In this document: in pieces, positions 9,490 through 17,067 of the stretch
Numbering within the stretch: the first letter of the stretch is position 1
Layout of the letters: every line of letters begins with the position of its first letter
Assembly (NCBI GenBank): GCA_046262595.1
Contig: JBHEMM010000023.1
Location: 1-22,938, forward strand
DNA: 22,938 bases
DNA from: Vulcanimicrobiaceae bacterium
GTDB lineage: Bacteria > Vulcanimicrobiota > Vulcanimicrobiia > Vulcanimicrobiales > Vulcanimicrobiaceae
Reading direction: 5' to 3'
Program-made: the position numbers and the translations under genes
Notes under the pieces: model-generated
Databases searched by the model: none
What the model saw: the letters and a program-made list of their open reading frames with translations, nothing else
What the model was told of the DNA's origin: nothing

Positions 9490-10369
9490 AACGCTGTTTT
9501 TCGGAACGAGCGCGTTCGCCGTTCCAAGCCTGCGCGTAATGGCCAGGCGTACCGATCTCGCAGGTGCCGTGACGCAGCCCGACAGCCGTTCGGGCCGCGG
9601 GCGGCAGATGCACGCGTCGCCGGTAAAAAGCGCCGCTGTTGCGCTCGGCGTTCCGGTTTACCAGCCGGCTTCGCTGCGCGCCTTCGCGAATGAACTGCAG
9701 GGAACATACGATCTCTTTGCGCTGGCATCGTACGGAAAGATTTTGCCGCAAGCACTGCTGGACGTCCCCGCATTTGGCGCGCTGAACGTGCATCCGAGTC
9801 TGCTTCCGCGGTACCGCGGCGCAACGCCGATTCAGAGCGCGCTGCTCGATGACGCGCGCGAAACCGGCGTGACGATCATGCTTATGGATGCGGGCCTCGA
9901 CACCGGCGACATCGTTCTGCAAGAAGCAACGCCCGTCGAGCCGCAGGAGCGTTACGGAGAATTGCACGATCGCCTGGCACAACTGGGCTCGCAGCTGCTC
10001 GAGCGCGCTCTGGGTGCCGCGCAGGACGGCGCACTTCCCCGCCATCCGCAGCAAGGCGAAGGCAGCCTCACGCATCCGTTCGGAAAAAGCGATCTCATCT
10101 TAGATTGGAATTGGCCCGTGCGCCGCGTGGTCAGCGCAGTGCGGGCGTTTTCCCCCACGCCCGCGGCGCGCGCGCAGCTGCGCGGAGAAGCGGTCAAACT
10201 GCTGCGCGCGCAACCGTTTGCCGGCGAACGCTTCGATGCGCCGCCCGGATCGATCGTTTCCGCGCACGGTGAGGCGGCCACCGTGCAGTGCGGCGACGGC
10301 GCTGTGGACGTGCTGGAGCTGGTGCCGGCGAACCGCCGCGCGATGTCCGGCGCGGCGTTCCTGCGATGA
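9461..10369 (+). CDS. fmt: Methionyl-tRNA formyltransferase (start codon uncertain, probably non-canonical CTG 9461/9476 or ATT 9485)
   Basis: FFGTSAFA, VTQPD..GRG, SPVK, YGKILP, NVHPSLLPRYRGATPIQ, TGVTIMLMDAGLDTGDI; lies between def and rsmB. Confidence 0.93.
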   Translation: MKRPPLKRIRTLFFGTSAFAVPSLRVMARRTDLAGAVTQPDSRSGRGRQMHASPVKSAAVALGVPVYQPASLRAFANELQGTYDLFALASYGKILPQALLDVPAFGALNVHPSLLPRYRGATPIQSALLDDARETGVTIMLMDAGLDTGDIVLQEATPVEPQERYGELHDRLAQLGSQLLERALGAAQDGALPRHPQQGEGSLTHPFGKSDLILDWNWPVRRVVSAVRAFSPTPAARAQLRGEAVKLLRAQPFAGERFDAPPGSIVSAHGEAATVQCGDGAVDVLELVPANRRAMSGAAFLR

Positions 10370-11700
10370 GCGCGCGCGACGTTGCGCTGCAAGTTGCGCG
10401 CGATGTGTTTCCCGCAGGTGAGCGGTCGGCGCAGGAGCGCGGCGCGCAAGAAGCGCTGGACTACCGTTTGAATAAAGCGCCGCTGGATGCGCGCGATCGC
10501 GCGTTCGCAACGATGCTCGCGTTCGGTTCGATCAAGATGCGGCGTACGCTGGATTGGTATCTCAAGCCGTATGTCGGCGATCGCGACAAGACACTGCCGC
10601 CCGTCATCGCCGAGATTCTGCGTTTGGCCGTCTTCGAGTTGCGGTTTGCTTCCAGCGGCGTGCACGCGGTCGTGAGCGAATGGGTCAGCCTTGCGAAAAA
10701 ATACGGTCATCGCGGGACCGCCGGATTAGTCAACGCGGTGCTCCGGTCGTTTCTGCGCGACGATCCGAAAACGCCGCAACCGGCCGACTTCGAGAACGAA
10801 GACGATTATCTGGGAACCGCGTTCTCGTATCCCACCTGGCTCGTGCGGCAATGGCGCGAGGTGTTCGGCGGCGAGCGGCTGGAGACGATGCTCCAAGCAG
10901 GCAATGCGCCCGCGCAAAGCGCGGTCGTATTCAACCGCACGAAGGCAAGTGCGGACAATGTCATCGCGTGGTTTACCGCTCGCGGCGCGCAAGCGGAGCC
11001 GTCGGGTTTGGCCGAGGACTGCGTGCTGGTCTCCGATGGCGCGCTGGCGCGCGCCGGCGAAGCGCAGAGTGAGGGGGCGTGGTGGGTCCAAAGCGAGTCT
11101 TCCGCGCTCGTAGTGGACGTTTTGAATCCGCAAGGCGGCGAGAAAATTGCCGATGCGTGCAGCGGGCGCGGCAGCAAGGCGCTGCAGATCGCCGCGCGCA
11201 TGCACGGCGAAGGCACGCTGATCGGCATCGAACGCGATGCGCACAAGGTTGCGGCGCTGCAGCGCCGCGCGCACCACGCCGGATTGGCGTTGGCAACGGT
11301 GCTAGGCGACGCGACGCTCGCCGTTCCGGCAGAGCGGTTCGACCGCGTGCTGATCGACGCCCCATGTTCCGGAACCGGCGTCGTGGGCCGTCACCCGGAA
11401 GCGCGCTGGCGCAAACGTCCGGGCGACGGTGAACGCTTGGCGCACACGCAGCGCGCGCTGCTCGAGGCTTTTTCCTCGCGCATTCTTCCCGGCGGCGTGT
11501 TGGTGTATGCCGTTTGCTCGGCGGACCCGCGCGAAACTGTGGAAGTGATGGAAACGTTCTCGCGCGGTAGCGCGCTGCAGCGCGGGCTCATTCCCGGCGC
11601 GCTGGGCGAGTTTCAAACCGCTGCGGGCGACGTGCTCGTTCCGCCGGGCATCGCCGGCCGCGACGGTTTCTTTATCGCGCGGCTCGAAGCGCAGGCATGA
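10366..11700 (+). CDS. rsmB: 16S rRNA m5C967 methyltransferase RsmB/Sun (NusB-like N-domain + SAM methyltransferase)
   Basis: ATGA overlap with fmt; LRLAVFEL..AVVSEWVSLAK..GLVNAVLR, SYPTWLV, VQSESS, FDRVLIDAPCSGTG, RHPEARW, LVYAVCS, DGFFIARL. Confidence 0.9.
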   Translation: MSARDVALQVARDVFPAGERSAQERGAQEALDYRLNKAPLDARDRAFATMLAFGSIKMRRTLDWYLKPYVGDRDKTLPPVIAEILRLAVFELRFASSGVHAVVSEWVSLAKKYGHRGTAGLVNAVLRSFLRDDPKTPQPADFENEDDYLGTAFSYPTWLVRQWREVFGGERLETMLQAGNAPAQSAVVFNRTKASADNVIAWFTARGAQAEPSGLAEDCVLVSDGALARAGEAQSEGAWWVQSESSALVVDVLNPQGGEKIADACSGRGSKALQIAARMHGEGTLIGIERDAHKVAALQRRAHHAGLALATVLGDATLAVPAERFDRVLIDAPCSGTGVVGRHPEARWRKRPGDGERLAHTQRALLEAFSSRILPGGVLVYAVCSADPRETVEVMETFSRGSALQRGLIPGALGEFQTAAGDVLVPPGIAGRDGFFIARLEAQA

Positions 11701-12377
11701 GCTGGTTCGCGCGGATCGAGGAAGGCTGCGCCGCTTTTATCGAGCGTGCGTTCGCGAGTATGTTTCCGAGCGACGTCGAGCCCGCGCAGATCGCGCGAAA
11801 ATTGGTCGCCACGATGGAAGCGCGCAGTGCGAACAGCGAGGGCACGGTTAGCGCACCGGCGGCCTACTGCGTTTTTGTCAACCCGCTCGATTTCGCGCGC
11901 CTTTCCCAGCATCAGACGTATCTTGAAGGCGAGTGGAGTGCATTGCTTGCCGATGTCGCGCAGCGCGTGGGCATCCGTTTGGACGGCACGCCGGGCATCA
12001 CGCTCAAAGAACATCCCCGCGTGCCCGCAGGCGCAATCGAAGTGCATGCGGTCCTTGCCGGTGAAGCGGACGAAGCGCCTGCGCAGTTCCGGCTGCTGCC
12101 GCTCGGCGACGCCGATGCGCCGGGGCATGCGGTAAACGGCGCGACGCGCGTGGGCCGCAGCGCACAATGCGATATCGTCCTCTCCGACCCGAGCGTCTCG
12201 CGCAATCACGCTCTGCTGGACGTTCAGGGCAGCACGCTGAGCGTGCATGACGCAGGTTCGACCAATGGCACGTTCGTGAACGGCGAACGGATCGATACAC
12301 ACACGCTCGCGCCCGGCGACACGATCGCATTCGGAAAAAGCTTATGGACCTGCGCCTCGGTTCGCTCGCGATCCTAG
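11697..12377 (+). CDS. fhaA: FhaA-type protein: DUF3662 N-domain + FHA domain
   Basis: ERAFASMFPSDVEPAQIARKL..APAAYCVFVNPLDF resembles DUF3662; FHA motifs VGRS, VSRNHA, DAGSTNGTFVNG, LAPGDTIAFG. Confidence 0.88.
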   Translation: MSWFARIEEGCAAFIERAFASMFPSDVEPAQIARKLVATMEARSANSEGTVSAPAAYCVFVNPLDFARLSQHQTYLEGEWSALLADVAQRVGIRLDGTPGITLKEHPRVPAGAIEVHAVLAGEADEAPAQFRLLPLGDADAPGHAVNGATRVGRSAQCDIVLSDPSVSRNHALLDVQGSTLSVHDAGSTNGTFVNGERIDTHTLAPGDTIAFGKSLWTCASVRSRS

Positions 12378-12775
12378 GCGCGCTGGCGCTGTTCGGCGCC
12401 GTCGCTTCGAAGGTGCGCACCGAGCCGCCCGAGCTGCCTGCGCCCGAGCGCGCAATGGCTGTCGATCTGACGGTTAACGAGACGGCGCGGCGCGGCGGGA
12501 AGCGCGAGGTGCGCCTGCGGTTGGAACCGGGATCACCGCAGATCATCGGGCGCTCGAGCGACGCCGCCGTCGGGGTGCTGGACCCGGAAGTGAGCCGCCG
12601 GCACGCTTCGCTGCGCGCGGTCGGCGGGGTCGTCTACCTGGCCGACTTGGGCAGCGTGAACGGCACATTTTTGAGCGGAAAGCGGGCCGGGACGGACGGA
12701 ATCGAAGTTCTTGCTGGAGACGTTATCGATGTGGGAACAACTCGAATGACCGTGAGCGCGATCGAACCGGCATGA
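12344..12775 (+). CDS. fhaB: FhaB/FipA-type membrane-anchored FHA protein
   Basis: N-terminal hydrophobic segment LGSLAILGALALFGAVA; FHA motifs IIGRS, VSRRHA, DLGSVNGTF, GDVIDVG; follows fhaA with a 34-nt overlap. Confidence 0.82.
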   Translation: MDLRLGSLAILGALALFGAVASKVRTEPPELPAPERAMAVDLTVNETARRGGKREVRLRLEPGSPQIIGRSSDAAVGVLDPEVSRRHASLRAVGGVVYLADLGSVNGTFLSGKRAGTDGIEVLAGDVIDVGTTRMTVSAIEPA

Positions 12776-13476
12776 ACGTCGCCATCAGCGGAGACCGCAG
12801 CAGCGCTCTCTCGGAAGAACTCGCGCCCGGCACGCACGTCGTCGCATTGGCGCGCGGTTTCGGTCATATCGAGGGAATTGCGGTCGCGCCTGCAGTGCTC
12901 GGACGGCTGCGCGTCGAGCTGGCGCGCCGGCTGCGCGGCGAGCGCCTTGCGCGCGCGAAACGCCGTATCAACGGTATCATGCCGCTGCTCACCGCCGCGT
13001 TCGGACGCGTCAACGCCGACGTCCACGCGCGCAGCGCCTCAAACGATGATCACGTAACGGCGGGCTGCTCACTCACCGGCGCGCTGCTCGTCGGCAACTG
13101 CGTGTATCTGGCGCACACCGGTTCGACGGCCGCGTATTTGTGCCGCGATGGGTGCGTCGTTTCTCTCACGCGCAACGATGCGATCGAAACGCCGGCGGGC
13201 GCGGTGCTCACCCGCTCGATCGGCTGCGCGCCCTCGCTGCAGCTCGCCGTATCGAGTTTTTCGCTCAACGAAGGAGATGCGCTCGTGCTCGCGCGCCGGC
13301 GTTACACGGCCGCCGAGGAACACATGCGTCAATGGGAGCGCGAAGCGTCGCTCGTCGTGCGCTACGCAGCCGGACCGCCCGGCGTGCCGGGCATACGGTA
13401 CGGTGGACATCTCAAGCGGATCACGTTCGGAACGGTTGCCACGGTGCTGTTTTACACGCTGCTTTGCCTGAGATAA
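12772..13476 (+). CDS. PP2C/PPM-fold (PstP-like) protein lacking catalytic aspartates, with C-terminal hydrophobic anchor
   Basis: ATGA overlap with fhaB; colinear PP2C-like segments ALARGFG, GCSLTGAL, YLAHTGSTAAYL, SLTRND, VLTRSIG, LNEGDALVL; occupies the pstP position between fhaB and rodA. Confidence 0.78.
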   Translation: MNVAISGDRSSALSEELAPGTHVVALARGFGHIEGIAVAPAVLGRLRVELARRLRGERLARAKRRINGIMPLLTAAFGRVNADVHARSASNDDHVTAGCSLTGALLVGNCVYLAHTGSTAAYLCRDGCVVSLTRNDAIETPAGAVLTRSIGCAPSLQLAVSSFSLNEGDALVLARRRYTAAEEHMRQWEREASLVVRYAAGPPGVPGIRYGGHLKRITFGTVATVLFYTLLCLR

Positions 13477-14717
13477 AGCTGGCGCTCTCGCGCGTTTGGC
13501 CGACCGCGTTTGCCTTAGCAATCGCGGCTTTTTTCTTTTCGTTCGCACCGCCGAAAGCGATCGGGCCGCCGTGGCTACTTGCGTTGCTGGCCGTGCTAAC
13601 GCTTGCCTGGGTGCTGCTGCAGCCTAAAGCCGCCCAGCGTGATGACATGCTTCCGGCGATCGCCGTCGTCTTGGCGTCCGTGGGATTGCTTCTTGTCGCC
13701 CGTCTCTCGCCCGAGCTCGCGCATAAACAGCTCTGGTGGCTGCTCATCTCCGTCGGACTCGCGGTCGCGTTCGGCGTGCCGCTTACGATGTTCCGGCGGA
13801 TGGCGTCGTACAAATACGTGTGGGTGCTGCTGTGCTTGGTGCTCTTTGGGATGCTTGTGGTATTCGGTCAAGAAGTGAACGGCGCAAAGTTGTGGATCCG
13901 TTTGGGCCCCGTTCAGTACGAGCCCGTCGAGCTGATCAAGTTGTTCATCGTCTTTTTTCTCGCTGCGTACCTTGCTGAAACGGCCGACGTGATCGCGCGC
14001 GCGCGCCCGTGGTCCGTGCGCGCAAATTTGAAATATTTGGGACCGTTGTTTCTGGGCTGGGGCGTTTCAATGGGCATTCTGATGCTGCAGCGCGACATCG
14101 GCATGGCGGTTCTGCTGCTTGCGACGTTTTGCATCATGCTCTACGGCGCGACCAAGCGCTGGGATCTGCTCGTCGGCGGCTGCGTTATCTTCGGCGGCGC
14201 GGCACTTTGGGCCGTCCGCCATTATCACTACGTCGGAACGCGCATCGCAGTCTGGCGCAATCCGTTCGCGGATCCGCTCGGCGCCGGGTATCAAGCGGCG
14301 CAGAGCTACTACTCGCTCGCCGCGGGCGGCGTGCTCGGAACCGGCTACCGCCTCGGGCATCCGGGCTACACGCCCGACGCCGCGACGGATTACATCTACT
14401 CCGCACTCAGCGAGGAGTTCGGCCTTATCGGCGCTCTCATCGTACTGGGTTTGCTGCTGGTGCTCGTGCGCCGGGTGCTGAGCGTGGCGACGTACCAGCC
14501 GGACTTGTACACGCGCTTATTGGCGGTCGGATTGAGCGCAACATTGGGCTTCCAAGTGTTCATCATCGTCGGCGGCGTCATCGGACTGTTCCCGCTTACG
14601 GGCATCACACTGCCGTTCATCTCGTACGGCGGCAGCTCGCTTGTCGCAAATTTTCTGCTCGTGGCCCTTGCGTGGTCCATGAGCGCGCGTCCACGCGCGG
14701 CGGCTGCGCGCGGCTGA
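13464..14717 (+). CDS. rodA: SEDS-family peptidoglycan glycosyltransferase (RodA/FtsW/SpoVE)
   Basis: Multiple TM helices; NGAKLWI..EPVELIK, QRDIG, GYQAAQS, PDAATDYIYSALSEEFG, PLTGITLPFISYGGSS. Likely TTG start 13464 overlapping the upstream stop; rodA rather than ftsW is assigned from synteny. Confidence 0.9.
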   Translation: MPEIKLALSRVWPTAFALAIAAFFFSFAPPKAIGPPWLLALLAVLTLAWVLLQPKAAQRDDMLPAIAVVLASVGLLLVARLSPELAHKQLWWLLISVGLAVAFGVPLTMFRRMASYKYVWVLLCLVLFGMLVVFGQEVNGAKLWIRLGPVQYEPVELIKLFIVFFLAAYLAETADVIARARPWSVRANLKYLGPLFLGWGVSMGILMLQRDIGMAVLLLATFCIMLYGATKRWDLLVGGCVIFGGAALWAVRHYHYVGTRIAVWRNPFADPLGAGYQAAQSYYSLAAGGVLGTGYRLGHPGYTPDAATDYIYSALSEEFGLIGALIVLGLLLVLVRRVLSVATYQPDLYTRLLAVGLSATLGFQVFIIVGGVIGLFPLTGITLPFISYGGSSLVANFLLVALAWSMSARPRAAAARG

Positions 14718-14753
14718 AGAAGGCGCTTGCGTCGCAAGGCAGTAGTACCTGCT

Positions 14754-15224
14754 ATGAAGATGCGCATGACGGTTCTTATTCCGGCCCTAGCGGCGGCGCT
14801 CGTGGTGACAGCCTGCTCGGGCGGCCAACAACATTCCAGCAGTTCGACGACGACGGCAGCGTCGCCGGCGGCCACATCGGCGGCGATGCACGCGATGAAA
14901 CCGGCGGCCTCCAACGGTGCCGCGGTGTATAACGCCAACTGTTCGAGCTGTCACCAAGCCAACGGTAAGGGCTCACCAGGAGCGTTCCCGCCGCTCGCCG
15001 GCAACGCCGTCGTTACGGGACCTGCCGCTAAAGTGATCCACATCGTCAAAAACGGTTTGACGGGAACGATCAAAGTCGGTTCGGCGACGTACAACGGTCA
15101 AATGCCCGCGTGGAAATCCTCGCTCAAGGACCCAGAGATCGCCGCGGTCGTTTCGTATATCCGATCGTCGTGGGGCAATCACGCGCCGGCCGTAACGGCC
15201 GCGCAAGTCGCCTCCACAAAATAG
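14754..15224 (+). CDS. Lipoprotein mono-haem cytochrome c
   Basis: Lipobox VVTA-C, Ser/Thr/Ala linker, haem motif CSSCH, FPPLAG, distal Met in YNGQMPAW, IAAVVSYIRSSWGN. Start may be 14754, 14760 or 14766. Confidence 0.92.
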   Translation: MKMRMTVLIPALAAALVVTACSGGQQHSSSSTTTAASPAATSAAMHAMKPAASNGAAVYNANCSSCHQANGKGSPGAFPPLAGNAVVTGPAAKVIHIVKNGLTGTIKVGSATYNGQMPAWKSSLKDPEIAAVVSYIRSSWGNHAPAVTAAQVASTK

Positions 15225-15225
15225 C

Positions 15226-16305
15226 TTAACGCAACAGCGCGTAGCCCTCGAGCGTCGCCTGCGCCGCATGCCTCCATGTAAGCGTGCGCAGGCGTTCGCG
15301 CATCGTTTCCCGCGCTCCGCCGCGCGCACAGCCTATCGCGCCGAGCACCGCTGCGCGGATCGACTGCGCGCTGCCCGGATCGCAATACGCCGCATCGCCG
15401 CCGAAGTACTCGAACTCGCTCGCGCGGTTTCCAGCGACGATCGCGCAACCCGCCGCCGCCGCCTCCAAACTCGCGATGCCCGGCGTTTCGAGCCATGCCG
15501 GCAGCGCATGCACGAGCGAACGCCGCATGAGCGCGAAAACCTGCGCACGATCGAGTGGTCCGGTGAAGGTGACGCATTTGTTCCAACGCTCGCATAGCCG
15601 GCGGTAATACCCGTCGTAGCATTCACCGGCCAGCGTGATTGCAACGTCATCCTCGCGCAGCGCATACAGCATCATGGCCTGATTTTTTCGCGATTCGACG
15701 CGGCCTACGCATAGGACGCCCTTGCGCGGGTGCGCCGGGAGTGCGTCCTCAACCGCTGCGGCGTCCACGGCATTCGGAACGACGTGCACGCGCGGATGGT
15801 GCAAATCTAAATCAACGACGTAGCGATACGCTTCGGCCGTGCTGTTCGGCAGCAGGACGCCGGCCAGCTCCATCAGTTCGCGCTGCGCCGCTTTACGTTC
15901 GGCGGCCGCGCGCCGCGCGCGCGCGCGTGTCAATTCGCGCGGGCAGCGCTCGCGAATGCGTGCCAACCGCTTCTCGACGGCGCCTTCGCGCAGTGCAAGC
16001 GCTTTTTCAACGGCCGCCGAACGCGCGTAGAACTCGGTTAGGTCCCACCAAATCGGCGAGAGCGCAAGTGGTGTTGCCGAACGGCGGCATGCATCGATCT
16101 GCGCGCGCGCCAGCAGCGGATCGAAGACGCCGAAAACGTGCGCGATGTCGTAGCCGCGCGCGTCCGGCTGCGCCGAGGCAGCGATGTCGACGGTGTGGCC
16201 CATGGCGCGCAGTGCTTGCGCGGTTTGGATGGCTTGGACGGCGTCGCCGCCGGTGCGCTGCACGGCATCGGGACGGATCACGTAAAGGATGCGCAGGCCG
16301 GCCAT
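15226..16305 (-). CDS. Glycosyltransferase, GT4 family (GT-B fold)
   Basis: GGDAVQ N-terminal loop, VVPNAVD, LCVGRVESRKNQ, ETPGIASLEAAAAG (E-x7-E), TWRHAAQATLEGY. Confidence 0.9.
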   Translation of the reverse strand: MAGLRILYVIRPDAVQRTGGDAVQAIQTAQALRAMGHTVDIAASAQPDARGYDIAHVFGVFDPLLARAQIDACRRSATPLALSPIWWDLTEFYARSAAVEKALALREGAVEKRLARIRERCPRELTRARARRAAAERKAAQRELMELAGVLLPNSTAEAYRYVVDLDLHHPRVHVVPNAVDAAAVEDALPAHPRKGVLCVGRVESRKNQAMMLYALREDDVAITLAGECYDGYYRRLCERWNKCVTFTGPLDRAQVFALMRRSLVHALPAWLETPGIASLEAAAAGCAIVAGNRASEFEYFGGDAAYCDPGSAQSIRAAVLGAIGCARGGARETMRERLRTLTWRHAAQATLEGYALLR

Positions 16306-16366
16306 GCCCGGTTATGCGCAGAGGACCGTTGCATCGCCTTCCGGCATGGAGCAAGAGCGTGAGACG

Positions 16367-16969
16367 CTAAGTGACCTGCGCAAGGCCGGCGTCCGGCCGT
16401 TCGACGCACTGCGTGAAGTTGCACGCGAAAAGCGCCTCCACGTACGCGTACATCGCGGGATCGAGGCGCTTGAGGCGCATTCGCGTGGCGCGCGGCCAAA
16501 ATGAGTTGGGATCGTTCACCTCGACGTAGGCGCGCACGGATTCCGCGAAATACTCGTCGGGCGCCGTCGCGGCGTACGGCGTGACGTAGGCGGCCGCTTG
16601 CGCGAACAAGGCGCGCATGCTCTCTGAGGCGGTGGAATGGTAAACGCCGCCGCCGAGCACGCAGTCGAGTGCGTGCCCGAATTCGTGCGCAACGGTCATG
16701 GGCGAACGGGAGCGCAGATACACCATGCGTTCCTCCACGACGAAGAGCCCGGCGGGCGGTGCGGGCCACGCATCGACGTCGATCGCCAGGCGCCGCAACG
16801 CGGCCGATCGCTCCGCATAGCGCTCGCCTTTGTGCAGCGGCACGATGCGCACTCCGCCGCCTTGCGCAAAGCGCAGCGCCGGCTCGCCGAAGCGCTCCAA
16901 CGTATGTAAGACGCCGGCGAGTTCACCGGCGTCGCGTGTCTCCAGCAGCAGCTCTGCACTCGTACTCAT
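16367..16969 (-). CDS. Zinc metallopeptidase-like protein, anthrax-lethal-factor/Pro-Pro endopeptidase/MtfA-like catalytic domain
   Basis: HEFGHALD, then PYAATAPDEYFAESVRAY and LKRLDPAMYAYV; start ATG 16969 (the upstream part of the 384-aa ORF crosses a terminator and another gene); no signal peptide. Confidence 0.8.
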   Translation of the reverse strand: MSTSAELLLETRDAGELAGVLHTLERFGEPALRFAQGGGVRIVPLHKGERYAERSAALRRLAIDVDAWPAPPAGLFVVEERMVYLRSRSPMTVAHEFGHALDCVLGGGVYHSTASESMRALFAQAAAYVTPYAATAPDEYFAESVRAYVEVNDPNSFWPRATRMRLKRLDPAMYAYVEALFACNFTQCVERPDAGLAQVT

Positions 16970-17009
16970 TCGTACGAGTATCCCGCACGGTTGTGAACGG
17001 CGTGTGAGC

Positions 17010-17048
17010 AAAACATGAAGGCCTTGCGTTAACCGCAAGGCCTTCATG
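17010..17048 (-). terminator. Intrinsic terminator of the glycoside-hydrolase-like lipoprotein gene
   Basis: Perfect 15-bp inverted repeat CATGAAGGCCTTGCG-N5-CGCAAGGCCTTCATG followed by TTTT on the minus strand, about 20 nt after the stop at 17068. Confidence 0.85.
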
Positions 17049-17067
17049 CTTCGCAAGCGGAGCTGCG

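Noticed and set aside
13140..13463. N-terminal extension of the SEDS ORF, suggesting a fusion or frameshift with the PP2C-like gene
   Set aside because: Arg-rich shadow translation; the PP2C-like motifs continue in the other frame and TTG 13464 gives a normal-length SEDS protein.
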